Source: Curvularia clavata
Taxonomy: Eukaryota
Assembly: GCA_023920165.1 (NCBI GenBank)
Contig: CP089278.1
Coordinates: forward strand, 1,612,001-1,676,000
DNA: 64,000 bases
Direction: 5' to 3'
Shown here: positions 46,880 through 62,088 of the stretch, in pieces
Layout: the number at the start of each line of letters is the position of its first letter
Numbering within the stretch: the first letter of the stretch is position 1
Notes under the pieces: model-generated
The model's database searches: none
The model's input: the letters and a program-made list of their open reading frames with translations, nothing else
Told to the model about the DNA's origin: nothing
Made by a program: the position numbers and the translations under genes

Positions 46880-48735
46880 GCCTGAGTCAGACGTAATTGC
46901 AAGTGGACTGATTGGTTGGAGAAACGATGATCGGATATGGATGAGGACCTTGCGGGTTCATCCGTTTGCGAAGGCTCTCATGCGAATGGGCTGGAGAAAC
47001 GCGTAGACGCAGGATGCCTGGAACTCGAAGAAACAAAACCAGTGCGAGCACAACATGAGCAAGGCCGAAATGTCCTCGCAGTTATATTGTCGTGGGCGAC
47101 CTAGGGCAGACTCAAAACACGGCTGACGGAGGGCGGCGCTCGCTGCCTTGCATCGAAGGCGGGCAGGGCAATTGACGAGTAGCTGGCGAAGGCGTTATCA
47201 CGTTCTGGCTGTTCATTAGTCAATTAGTGAAAAGCGTGAGTAAACGGCCGTAGGCTGTTGCTGCCGGCGGGTGCTGTGTCGAAACAATTGTGTCTTGGGG
47301 GCTGGCGGGCAGTGCCATCTGACCATGCACGGGTCTGCAGTATGGTCCGCCGGTCAACTGTATCAGTGGTAGTCGAGTCCCCGTGCTGCCGGGCAGCCTT
47401 CCCCGCTGTATCCTGCCGACCCAGCGTCAAATCACAGCCCGAGACGTGAGCTGCACGCCCAACGGGATGGATTGACTAGGTCCAACGCCTGTGGTGTTCG
47501 AGTGAATCGCATTGGACGACCCAAACGTCTAGAAGATTTCGCCTTGTACTGCGTGGCTGTGAAGGACCGCTAGCGCACGCCCGTGGGGTTGTGCATGTGC
47601 TGCTCCCCAGACGTATCGTTCCGTTGGGAATCATGTCCATACTCTGGTTCAAAGCCCCCACAGCGTACCGAGTCTTGCTGTGCCCTCGAGATGGCCCAAA
47701 GGGCGGTTGCCCTGTCGCCTGCAGCAATGGGCTGGAACTTGGCTGAGCCCCCGCTTATCAAGCACGAGCAAGAAGGCGTCTTGTCTCCTCGCAAACCCAT
47801 CTTGACTTGTCAGTCCCTTCTTGTGACAGCATGTGGCTTCCAGGGCGGAACGGGAGCCTCGGCCGGACTGTGCCTGTTCCTGATACTGCTTCTGGAACAA
47901 GACGTGCTGGTGGGCCAAACATGTGTGGTGTAAGAAGAAGTAAAGGCAGGGGAAAGCGAATCTCTAAACCAGATCAAGTAAAAGGTGGGTAAAAGGTGGC
48001 TCCTCGTTACCAGCGCTCCGTCACCTTGACAAGGGCCAAGCAGAAAACAGCCTGACGGAATGCCTGCTCACTAGCCGTTCCATCTTAACATGCTGTCTTG
48101 CCAATGCCCGGCAGAAGAGGGATGCTATAAGCACGGCGCATTGTCCCTGCGCTAATTGATACACAAGTTTGAAAAGCAGCTAGGAAGCCTCACTCTCGTC
48201 GGCGTATGCGTGGGTAACAAGTCCTGCAAGCTTCACTTGCAACAAGTCTTCATTCACTAGGCAAACGCGGCATTTATTGATGAAGACATGATATATTTTT
48301 GAGGAACGCAACGTCAACAAACGGAGCGGGCCCGGCCCGTAGAGTATTAGGGCAGGTAGTTTGGCCAAAAGATACCAAACCAGCAAAAGTAACCGAACCA
48401 AGGCCGTAAGAATAGGTTTGTGTGCGAAAAGGATGGTATGCAATACAACAAGCAGGAAGAAGGAACACATGAACATAAACACAAAACATAACAGCATAAA
48501 CACCAAGCCCTACCAAATCGCCAATGACCTGGAAGCCGGGTATCATCATAGAAGGAAGAAAAGTGTATAGAAGAAGGCCATCACCATCGAGTCGATGGCC
48601 AGTCTTCAGTGCCCCAAAAGACGTCTCCTTCCACCATCAATTCTCAGACATCATATCGTCGGAGCCTTGACTAGGCGCCGGATCGGAGCATGACCACGCA
48701 CGCATGCGGATGATGATGTCGAGATGCCCCTCTAG

Positions 48736-50445
48736 TCAGGAGGATTCGGCTGGGGCAAAGAAAAGAACGACCTCACCCCGGTCGTTCCTTCGAAGGCGCA
48801 GGTCCTTCCAGAGCTCCTTCTCCTCTTCGGCCTTGGATGGTACGTGATCAAAGTGCTCGTGGCGCTCGCGGTGGTAGCGCTTCAGAGCCTTGTTGACGCT
48901 CATGCCGCGCTCAGAATCGGGTCCCTTTGTGATGAAAGACATGAACAGTCCTGCGCGCTCACTAAAGTCTCCCGAGAAAGGCGCCACGTCTCCACTGGGA
49001 CGTACCATAAGCTGACGGTCGCCATTAGGCTCGGGCGAGTTCGAGGCTGAACGGTTGTACTCAATGGCTTTGATCATCTTGCGATCTTGAGGCGGTGGCG
49101 AAACAGAAGAAGAGTACTGCCTGCGACGGATGCGGCGTATTTCGGTAGAAGAATCCTCACGCTTCTTCTTGGATCGAATCTTCACGAGGGTACCGCTAGA
49201 CTTGCGCTCCTTTCGGTCACGTTCGCGGCCACGGTCCTTGTCCTTCTTGTCCTTCTTTTCCTTCTTTTCCGCATGCTCTCGTGCCTTTGCGTCAGCCTTT
49301 CGTTGCTTTTGTTGTTCTTCCTCATACTCCCGCTGTACACGCATGAGCGCTGTCGAATTGCCCTGCTTGGCGCGTTTCATGGGGCTCAGCGGCGAGTTGG
49401 CATAGTCACCAGAGTCGTCTGGCGATGGTGGGAATTCCGGCCGAGCAAGCAGCTTGCTCAGCCCTCCAGTGAGACCAGTGTGAAGCGATGCTGGTGCATC
49501 CGTCATAGTAGTGTCCTTCTCTTCTTGCGCCCTGATCAGCGACAGGTCCAGCTGTGAGGGGGAGTTGCGCTTTCGCTTGCGGTCAGTCTTCTTTGTCGTG
49601 GTCTCGACATCTGTGTCGCGCGACTTGGTTCGTGAGTGCTTAGACTTTGGAGCGGGCGTGGTATACGAATCGGGTTGCTCTCGCGAGGGACGGATTTGGT
49701 TGGCTCCGTGGGAGAAGCTGCTTTGCGCAAAGGATTCATCGTCATCAGCGACCTGGAACTTCATGACATCGGCAATGGCAGGCATGCGGTGCTCCTCATA
49801 CGCAGGCGGCTGCCTGTCTTCGAGCATGCGCGCTTCGTTCATGGGTGCCGTGGCTCGTGGAGCGATGGGTGTTGAGGAGGGGTCGAGGAAGTCGAAAACG
49901 TTGGGGGCTTCGATGGCTGCTTGCTCGCGGTATCCTAAAGAATGCGCCGCTGGAGGAGGCGTGGGCGCGCGCGGCGGGGCGTCGACAATAGCAACAGCAT
50001 TGTCTTCAGCAGGCGCATCTTGGACGTAAGCGTTGTGCGGGGTGAGGGCTTGCGAATTGTCGTGATATGCGCTGTCTCGCTTCTGCTGCGGGCCTTTTTT
50101 CTTCTCCTTGTAGAGCTTGCCCTGATACTTTTGGTCTTCGGTTATACAGGACTAGGCGATGGCAGTCAGCGACGAAGCGCATGAAAAACACGACGTTAGC
50201 GCAATGCGTACCGTATGGGACTTGTACGAGGTGCCGGGAAAGTGGACCATGCAGTCGAGGCAGGTAAAGGTCGCGCCATAGCATTGGTTACGGTGGCCAT
50301 CGAGTTTCTTCTTGGTGAGAACGTCTCCACAGCCCTAGAGCGGCACAGTCAGCTTGCAATGCGTCGCCAGGGGAGGGGCCGCCATGGAGGGCAGAGGGCA
50401 GGCGTGGGGAGGGCGCTCAAGTACCTCGCAGGAGAAGGAGACCAT
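48736..50445 (-). CDS. LYAR-type C2HC zinc-finger nucleolar protein
   Basis: MVSFSCE|GCGDVLTKKKLDGHRNQCYGATFTCLDCMVHFPGTSYKSHT|SCITEDQKYQG after removing introns 50424-50335 and about 50211-50152; Lys/Arg-rich body. Confidence 0.88.
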
Positions 50446-51628
50446 GGTGTGGGTAGGGCAGTGTTCAATGTCACAGACAAGTAGCGGTGTACAGCTGGCA
50501 GTCAGCAAGGGGAGGAGCAGAGTAACGAGTCGGTGTGCTGAGGGGGCGCGGCGTCGTTATCACCCCTCTGTGCTGATCCAAGGAAGGTTTCAAGTGTTTT
50601 GGATAACACAAAAGCTAGCAGGCGCTAGGTTGCTTCGGGAACAGGGCCCCTGCCGAAGCGCGTCCTCGCGACCGTCCCAAAATACATCATGCGACCTGCG
50701 ACGGCCCATGTCTGCATGCACGCCGCCCACCACTGCTTGTCCGCCCCAAGCCACGCGCCCTGGCGAACAGGTGGGCTCTCTGTTCGTCCTCGGCCGCCAT
50801 ACAAGCGCCGCCAACGGCCATGACGCACCCCGGGGGGCGGTTCTGTTGGCGCTCAAGGGGGAGGCACGGCGAGCAGTAAGACGACAAGAACGAGAAAACG
50901 CACCGAGGAGCACGGCCAGGCACAGGCACAGGCAATTGTTGTTGCGCGTAGATTGACTTGGTTGCTACCATGGTCCGCCGTCGCTGATAAGACCATGGCT
51001 CTCCTGCGCAAGCCAGGCCTGTGTGGCGGACGTCCGACCAGGGCTCTTCCTGTCAGAAGGCCAATCACTCGATCAGCCATTCGCTAGACGCTGCCTAGGC
51101 CAATCTCGAGTCCAGCTTTACACACTCCACCACCATCAACCAAGACATTGCCCCTTCCAACCCCGCTGACCGGCCTATGTGATCTACCGGGGGCCTGGAA
51201 GGAATGCGCCAGCAATAAAGCCCATTGTTGGCTTCTCCCTCCCATCCATGTCCCGACCTACGGCTGGCGGCGCAGCGAGGTACACCCGCCGACTTTGCTA
51301 CTACTACTACAGAGTACACCTATCCCACCTACCAGAAGGCGTCATCTGTGTGCCGGACAAGATGCTGGTCTGGTCGCCAAGGAGCACCCTGTCTTCCTCT
51401 CTCCGGCCCTTACCTGCATATTGACCCCAATGACGCCTGCATTGTTGGTATCTGACAGCGACACACAGCAAGGGTGCTCTGCCATGCGCATATCTCATGG
51501 CTGATGACTTGCCCTAGACTGTCTCTCTCTCCCTGGTTCTCTAGTACTAGTCCATATCACCCGGACTTCCACACCGCTGTGCCATTGTCCAATCCGGTCA
51601 GCTCTCAACACTTGACTGTAGATGACCA

Positions 51629-52342
51629 TCATTCTGCGCAACCTGTCCAAAGTATCAGTACCCACAACGTGACATGTACAGGTAGGGAAAGCAAAGTACC
51701 GCAGTCGTATGCGTCGCCTATGTCCTCACAGTTGAACTCGGGCTTCTTCAGCCTTTTGTTAACAATGTTGTGCACATAGCAGCCCCACATGGCTGCCGCT
51801 GTCCGAGACGAGACCTGGGGAGGGTATTTGGCTAGTACTTGTCCAAAGTGCTCTGCGCATTCTCCACTACGTCCAGGATTAGCCTATGTACGCGTGACTC
51901 CCGCTGCGAACCCCTGTCTGTATTCCGAGAGACATACCAAGGGTAGAGGCGCTGGAACAGGTGGACGTATGACCGCAGTGCTTCTTGCTCCTCCTGTGTA
52001 GGCTTCTCGGGGAAGCGGGCGAATGTTGTGTGAAGGACTTTCCAGGCCGCGCGACCGAGTTCTGCTCTGCACATTGCGCGTCAGCTCAGCTCTTGTGATA
52101 CGTGTTCGCTCTCAGCTACGAGCGTGACCGTCATACTTTGCCGTTGCGTTCCCCAGCTTGGGTGCGATTGCGTGTCCTGTAAGCAGGCTTTGGCTGGTAT
52201 GCCCTAAATCTCTTCCCGTCGCCGTGTGGATGGAGTGGAGTGGCGTCACTTTGTAGGATCCGAGTAAAAAGAATGAGCAGAGGACCATGGCGAGCACGGC
52301 AAGGACAGCGAACCTCGCCCGAGGGCCGGCCATGCGGAACAT
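51629..52342 (-). CDS. ERV2: FAD-linked sulfhydryl oxidase Erv2
   Basis: N-terminal TM anchor, KLGNATAK|AELGRAAWKVLHT, LYPC|GECAEH, WGCYVHNIVNKRLKKPEFNC, C-terminal YDCGC; 4 exons. Confidence 0.9.
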
Positions 52343-53070
52343 GATTAATGGATGAATATTTCGGGGGGTTTTTAACAGCGCGAACAGTTTGCTCAGGGCG
52401 AAAAGGTGTATCTCATAGTGTGATAAGGTTATGTTGGGGCTATAGTAGATTGTCACGTCCTGGATGCTTCAGATTATGCCAAGAAAGGACACATCCGATG
52501 CATCACGCCCCTATGGTGCCACCATGCAGGGAATGCTGCAGGTACAGGTCTGAGATGCAGAGCCGCACCGCGCAGCTGAAAGATGATATTGATGTTGCTT
52601 GCAAAGGGAAGCAGTAAGCAGCACTCAGCTGCCGTTTGGTAGTTTGTAGCGGCTGAGTAAGGATATCGGCGGCCGCACGTCACCGATATCGCAGGCCCAG
52701 CTCAGCTGGCGAGCCCTCCCACCCGGTTGGAAGAATAATCGAGATCAGAATTGCCTTGCACTTCACATCAGTAACAACACCTTCATCTTAGGGGTTTTCT
52801 AATTGTTTGTAGGATGTTTGAAATTGCGAAAGACTTGCTGGTTCTTTTACTAAAATGTACAATACCGTCATGGATTTCTAGGCATGCAAAGTAAGCAAGT
52901 TTGGAACACTTTGGTAACTTTGGTGACGCTCGGGCCCGTGCTGAGTCGCGATTATTCTTTTAGCAGGTTGCCTCCGAAAGCGTTCAAAACCTTCTGAGCC
53001 CCGTTCCACCTTGCATAACTATTTGTACCGCACCACCAAGCCCATACTCCATACTAGAACTATAGAAATC

Positions 53071-54472
53071 ATGTCTGACTTTCCTCCACCTCCTGTTGAC
53101 ACCATTGGTACGTTGATTGCTATCCATTGGCACTTGTATTCCAAGATTCCTTGCTAACCATGTTCCAGACTGGAGCAACGTAGGCTTCAAGATCCGAGAA
53201 GGTACGTGCATGTCTCTTTACGTTTGTTCAAAATTATGCATGCTGCAGAGATTCTTGATTTTGTACTAAAGAAATGTCTTTCTTCGATGACGCCACATGC
53301 ACACCACTCTCTTCTACGTCCCCAATTTGAAACAAAAGCAAATTCAGTAAGACGTTTCCTAACTAGTTTCAAGTTGCTGGCCATGTCGAGTCACATTACT
53401 CGGTCGAGACTGGAAAATGGACTCCTCCGACTTTTGTGGAGGACCCATACCTTCGTATCCACGGCATGGCCCCTGGTCTCAACTATGGCATGCAGTGTTA
53501 TGAAGGCATGAAAGCTTTCAGGGCACCAGACAATACCATCAACATCTTCAGACCCAACAAGAATGCCGAAAGAATGCAACATTCGGCTTCGTTCATCTCC
53601 ATTCCAGAGGTGCCGACAGACCACTTCCTTGCCTGCTGCAGTCTGGCTGTGGGTATGAACGCGGCCTATGTACCACCCCATGAGACTGGTGCGGCCATGT
53701 ACATCCGGCCATTGCTTTTTGGAAGCTCAGCTCAGCTTGGTCTTAACCCTCCTCAAGAATATACTTTTGTCGTTTACTGTATTCCAACCGGCGTCTATCA
53801 CGGATCCAACCCAGTGGACGCCCTCATCCTCGAGGATTTCGACCGTGCGGCTCCAGAGGGCACAGGATCGGCAAAGGTTGGTGGAAACTATGCCCCAGTC
53901 CTGAGGCACAGTGAAAAGGCGTACAAGGCCGGCTATGGCATTACTCTTCACCTGGACAGCAAAACTAGGAGCGTAGTTGACGAGTTCTCAACATCTGCTT
54001 TCATCGGTGTGAAGAAGGACGGCGACAAGGTCAAGCTCGTTGCTTCCAACAGCAAGAACGTCATCCAGAGTGTCACTGGCGACAGTGTTTTGAGAATTGC
54101 CGAGTCTTTCGGATGGGAAGCCGAGTCCCGCGAGGTATTATATCCGAATATTTTACTTGTGGATTGTATTGACGATATCAGATTCCTTACGATGAGCTGA
54201 GCTCCTTTGACGAAGTCCTAGCAGCTGGAACCGCGGCAGCCTTGGTTCCTATCAAATCTATCACTATGCAATCCAAAGGCGACAAGTTTACCTACGCCGA
54301 GGCCCAACAGGAGCCGGGCCCGGTATGCAAGAAGCTCCTCACGACTCTGAAGGGAATCCAGCAAGGCAAGATCGAGGGCAACAAGGACTGGCTTTTCAAG
54401 GTTGAAAGGCCAGAGCAGTTTGGAAAGCAAAGCCAGGGAGACGCCGCTAAGACTGTTGGACAGCTGCCGTGA
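53071..54472 (+). CDS. Branched-chain amino acid aminotransferase (class IV PLP enzyme, no mitochondrial presequence)
   Basis: LNYGMQCYEGMKAFR, YIRP, AKVGGNYAP, EVLAAGTAA. Introns near 53108-53168, 53202-53373, 54135-54181. Confidence 0.92.
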
Positions 54473-55039
54473 GAGATTTGCCTTGCTTGCCAAATGATGC
54501 ATATACAAGTTGGATATCCAACATCTCAAAAGAACAAACATTAGTTCACTGAGACAAGATAAACGATTGTTACGAGTTTGTACGTATAAAAAGAATTGAT
54601 GAACAATGAAGCACAGCGGTAAGCCCAAACACAATCACACTGTACCGTGCGTGAATAGATGTGCCGTATGCCATGCATAGGAGCAAACTACATGTCTCTT
54701 CCCCTGCAGACACAGTCATATATTGTACACATAGTATATTGATTGCACCGTTGACGATAAACATGTCACATCGCAAGCAGGGATACCCCACCAAGCCAAT
54801 CTGGCCAGACGCATACGTCATCCCTGCATATTATTGCCCGCAGGCAGATTCGGCATCTTTTGCTCGGCCTTGGCTCCAACAAGGACAATCATCCGACATT
54901 CCAGTTTCCCTGCATTGCCCTGAGGCCTGGGCTCCTATTACACCGTCCCTGTCGCCCACCGCCTCGCAAAAGGCACTCAGCGCGACCGCGCCTCTCATCC
55001 TCTCAGCCCCTCTATCACATCAGCGGTTGCGCGTGCAAC

Positions 55040-56090
55040 ATGCACGGCTCATTTTCGAGAATCAAGGACAAGGCAAGGCGGCACTTGGGAGACCCCAGTC
55101 CAGATGAGGCCTATCTTTCCTGTGAGTCATGGCCACAGCAATGGCTGAGAATAACGACTGACTGTAGCCAGACTACGACGTGAGGGGTGTGTGCGTCATA
55201 AGCTCCTTGTTTTGCGCATATAAAGACCAAGCCAGCAGCAATACTGACGGACGTAGTGACGCGAGCGGATCTTGATAGTATCAAGACTAACGACTGGCTT
55301 ACCGACAATGTGTGCACGCCTGCCCACCGCTCCCATGGCTGCTGTGGCTAAAACCATCTGCAGGCAATTGCCTTTTGGCAGGAATACCTCGAGCGCGAAG
55401 AGTTAGTCGCCTACCCCAAGGCATCGATTGTCCTCCTCCGCCCGTCCATGTCGTTCATGCTCATGCAAGCCCCTGAGCCGCTCGCCCTCAAAGAAGTCTT
55501 ACCGAATTTCAGCAACACAACGCACGTCTTTCTCCCCATCAACGACAATGTCGATGTCACGCAGGCAGAAGGCGGCTCACACTGGTCGCTACTCCTTGTC
55601 TCAATCATCGACGGCGTTTCCTTCCACTACGATTCCATGAACCAAGCAAACGAGCGGGAAGCACGGAGTACGACTATGAAGCTGGAACAACTACTAGGAA
55701 AGAGACTTAGGTTCATTCCCATGGGAGACAGTCCCCAGCAAGAGAATGGAAGTGATTGCGGAGTGTTTGTCTGTGTTCTTATGAGACACTTGTTGCTGAA
55801 GAGGCTGCTGAGGGCAGATGCAAGTACAAAGGTCAGCATGAGCATGCGCGATGCGCACATCAATGCCAAGGATGGGCGCAAGACGATGCTCAAGGTGATT
55901 GAGGAAAGACGCGACGAGGGAAAGCGAAGACGATCGTAAGTACTCATGATGCGAAGAGTATGAAGGGCGAGAGCTGATGTTATGATTATCCAGAGGCAGC
56001 CACTCGCCTTTTAGAAATTCATCCGCACACTCCAAGAGCCCACCACGCATCGGCGAGGAACAATCACAGTCGCAATCACAGGAGCGCTAG
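55040..56090 (+). CDS. NEDD8-specific Ulp1-family protease (Den1/SENP8, DenA-like)
   Basis: DEAYLS|YYDVRV|TRADLDSIKTNDWLTDN|AIAFWQEYLE...FLPINDN...GGSHWSLL...YDS...QQENGSDCGVFV; 5 exons including a 15-nt exon 55172-55186. Confidence 0.9.
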
Positions 56091-56655
56091 TAGCGACCTG
56101 AGTTTTGTGAAAGAGGATTATACTACAGACAATTATCATTTCGCTGACCATGCATTCTATGCTATGCTGGTTCTTATAACTTCGAGTATTCTGCGGAACC
56201 ACGTTTCTAATCGTTGCTGCAAGGGTCGTTCTTACTCGCGAGCCGGCACATACACATAAAGAAGGATGCGGGGAGACATCAGTCACGATTTACGAATTAT
56301 GCATGTCATGTTAGTATGAGTTGAGGGGCATCAGAACTGGAGTTCATCATGGCAGGAATATATCACACATACATATTCACATAGCATGCACAAACCAATG
56401 CATGATCCTCGAAATTATGCCTATAACACTGTGCCTCTATCGGACATGTAGAACGATATAGCGTTTGTTCAAAAGTATAAGGTACTATATGGAAAAAGCT
56501 TATGCTCACCAACTGCAAGCACAACCACTCCAGTGCGTACGTGCAAATGCAACAACCCAAAAACGCCCACTGATGCACATTGACCCCTCGCATTCGCAGC
56601 ATCACGCCCCAGTACGGAGGCAACAAAGAAAGGCAACTTTGCGTAGGATAGCGCT

Positions 56656-58864
<2,209 letters not shown>

Positions 58865-59498
58865 CAGGCGGCGAGGCGTGTCTTCTAAGCGCAGCGATAA
58901 GCGATTTGGCGCAGGCAATTCACTCGTGAGAAATCGACAGTCCAACCATCTTGTCCCAGGCGCCCAATGGACTTGAGACCACTACCTTATGCAGTCTCTA
59001 GTTCGCCAGGTGTTCACTGCACATCCCGCCGTATGCAGGCAGCTTGGCATGACAGGGGGCCCTTGCGCTCAGTACTGATGCGGAGCTCAGCGGGAGTGCT
59101 CCACCTTACCTCAACAGCCTCGTTGCGTACAATTGCACAACGCAGCCCTGATATAGACATATAGTGAGACATAATGTGACAATGTCATGATATACCACAT
59201 GTTTGTAATCACTGCATTCTGTCACGGTGCCTCTGATCGCATAGTGAATACGTGCCTTGCTGAGGAAGCGCCAGACGAAGCACCAAGGGCGCTTCGATCC
59301 ATCATTGTAAATCCGACAGTTTTCATAGCTTACTACAATTACTTCTTCCTCTATCAAATGAGTCACTTCGAGAAGTGTTACATGCAACGGGCCTGAATAC
59401 TAGTGTTGCTCACTTGAAGTACGCCTACCACAGAACAGCCTGTAGCTTTCACGTGACCAAGTAAGATGCTCAAAAAATGAAATAGAACAAAAATAAGA

Positions 59499-59621
59499 AC
59501 ATACAACAGTGGGGATTCGCCAATGATCACCCACCTGGCTACTAGTCCACCGGTCTCGAGCTTAAGTACCGGAGATCGGACGGGATCCGCTGGCGATAAT
59601 TTCGAGCCTATGATCGTATGT
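59499..59621 (-). rRNA. Dispersed 5S rRNA gene, variant or pseudogene (123 nt)
   Basis: ACATACGATCATAGG...TCCCGTCCGATC...ACTTAAGC...TAGTA...GGGTGA...GCGAATCCCCACTGTTGTATGT; terminal helix intact; TATA-like element about 25-29 nt upstream; T-rich Pol III terminator downstream. Confidence 0.9.
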
Positions 59622-60271
59622 ACTAGACAGTTGTGTTTACCTAAATATATCGTAACTGTCCTTGTCAAGAGGAAGCCAGTAACTTGAAGCTATCGATGGA
59701 CCCAGGGCCTAGGCGCAAGAAGAGCTACCTACGCAGAGATAGTAGACACCAACTTCACGGCTCTTTGACACATCACAGAGACTGTACTGTTGTCTAGCAA
59801 GCTAGAGGCGCTGTCCACAGACCTTTTCGTCCCAATTGTCGCATGCGTAGAGTTGTTACTGCCACGAAAGAGTTCAGTTGTTGGCAGTGGTAAGAAGACC
59901 AGAAGATCAGAATATGAGAACACAAGAGTACGAGTAGACGAGCAGGTAAGTAAACGAGATGTAGGCAATGCAAAGTAGAGTCAGAAGAACCCGAAGCAGT
60001 CGCTGTATTAGCAGGCATGGTAATACATGCTCCACAGCTAGTTGTTCAGCATGACAGCCGCATAGATCATGGCGAGTACGTCAAGACATCTTCGTGGTGT
60101 TTGGAACGATTTGACATTTTTTCATTCCTCGTGGTAACCCAATGTGACGGGTTCCATAATGCCATTGAACAAGGGTTATCCGTTGTGACGCCGTCCGCCC
60201 ATGCCTTCATGCTTTGTGCATTGATGTCCTCGTACACTTCTGTCCTCAGTTCCTCATGCCTTTTGATCCGT

Positions 60272-60723
60272 TTATGCGGTGCGCTTGCCCTTGGGGTTCT
60301 TCTTGCCAACGTCGGAGATGGTAAGACCTGCAGCGTATTAGACACATGTCCCAAGCAATTGTCCTTCCATGGATGGTGCGTACCCGGGGGCAGACTCTGC
60401 TTGAGCTTCTCGGCCTTGTCGGTGTCCTTAAGGACGAGGGTGTAGAGGTTGGTTGAGCATCGGACCTTGAATTTGATGTTGTTCACCTTCTTGTTCTTCT
60501 TGATGCAGGCGGCTGCAATTCTGTCAGTCTGGTTCTCTCATACGATGTAGCCTGTGGCAGTCGGTCCTTCGCGCAGTCGCAAACTATCCAACCATTGTAC
60601 GAACTTCCTGCTCTTCTTGCGACTGCCAGAAACCCGTGGATCGAAATTGGTAGACGTACACTTGGCATCCTTGCGCCTGCAGATCTCGATGAACTGCTTG
60701 ATGTCGGAAACTTCGGAAGGCAT
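60272..60723 (-). CDS. RPL38: 60S ribosomal protein eL38
   Basis: [71 protein letters not shown]..; first intron 60659-60513. Confidence 0.95.
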
Positions 60724-61035
60724 CTTGACGGTATTGTGTCGACGAGTCGTAAGGTTCGGATCGTGAAGTTCGAGAGACCACCCGAGGCGAAATGATCTGT
60801 GGGCAGGTACGAATTCGCTTGGACGCACGGGCTACCAAGAGGCTGGCCGCAAGCGTTGCTGCATCGGGCTTGGTGGGGTGACGACGCGTGTGGCGTTCCA
60901 TACCGCAGAAGCGAGCGTCTATGGGTCAATACAGTGCTGCCTACCTTCAGAGTCTACTTAAAGCTCATAACTCTCTTCCCTGACTATAGATATCTCGGCA
61001 AAACTCTCAAGCAACTACTATAACTATCATCCAAC

Positions 61036-61565
61036 ATGCCGACTCCTATCGACCGCGCAACGCAACAACGTGTAGGTGATCTGTGGCCATCCTGGCATCT
61101 GCTCTACATAGTGGGCCTTCTCTATGGCGATCTGACTGTACTCTAACACCGATACAGGGACCGTTCTTTGTTTTCGCCGCTGTAGTCGCAGGTGTTGCAG
61201 CATGGAGTATTTGGGGCCAAGATATCTTTCCCAGCCAAGATCCCACTGGCGGTGCGTTATCCCCCGTGTAGAAATAGCGTCGCAAATTCAGTAAAGCACT
61301 TGACTGACATGACTTGCAGACCCAGAGACATGGACACATGATCAATGCGTTACCTGGCTGAAGCATGTGAGTAGTCTCTGTACACATCAGAGAGCGGCTT
61401 CTTTCTTCCTGTGCAATCTGCTCTGCCCTAAATTGTTTGACTCAAACATTGGTCCTGGCCTGGCAATTGACAAGCTCACAGCGCAATCTACATCCCTCTC
61501 CTCTTGCGACAACTGCGGAGCTATTGGAGCGTATCAAGGCCAACATGAGGGTGTCTAGGGAGTGA
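61036..61565 (+). CDS. Small (~86 aa) four-exon membrane-anchored protein
   Basis: Exons 61036-61071, 61158-61251, 61320-61366, 61482-61565 with canonical GT..AG give MPTPIDRATQQRGPFFVFAAVVAGVAAWSIWGQDIFPSQDPTGDPETWTHDQCVTWLKHRNLHPSPLATTAELLERIKANMRVSRE. Confidence 0.8.
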
Positions 61566-62088
61566 GCATGGACTAGCCATAGCACGGTGTTATCATTTTT
61601 TGTGGTGTCAGTTTCTCTAAGTTGTGTTCTCGTTTAAAAGTAAACTCACAGTCTTTATCGATACCCCAGATTCATAATATTTCATATTAATATGACCGTG
61701 TTCCATGGCAGTTTGAAAGAATGCAATGGTTTGAAGATTTATACGGATAGCTTAAGCCACGGGTCTTGCACAAGTGCGTAGGTCTCGTATTTCAAATTAG
61801 CCAAAAAAAGAAACTCCAGTCGTTACTATATATCTGGGACTGGATGGCGAACTTCAGAATCATATGGCAATTCTGACAGCTCAAAATCGTAAGTGACAAG
61901 CAGTTATAGCATTAGACTTTTGAACTGCTGCTGTATCCGCCTCACTTAGTAAAGATGCTTTTGACTCCACTTTTGGGAATATCTGTAATCAGTCAAACTT
62001 TAGCCTTCAAGCCGTGTGAATGAATCAGCCCGGCCCTTTCACCGAGATATTTGCATCCATAGCTATGCCAAAAGCTGTCTTTAGTTCT

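Noticed and set aside
60504..60509. Cys in eL38 SACIKK where fungi often have SARIK
   Set aside because: This position varies across eukaryotes; the frame and splice sites are intact, so there is no sign of pseudogenisation.
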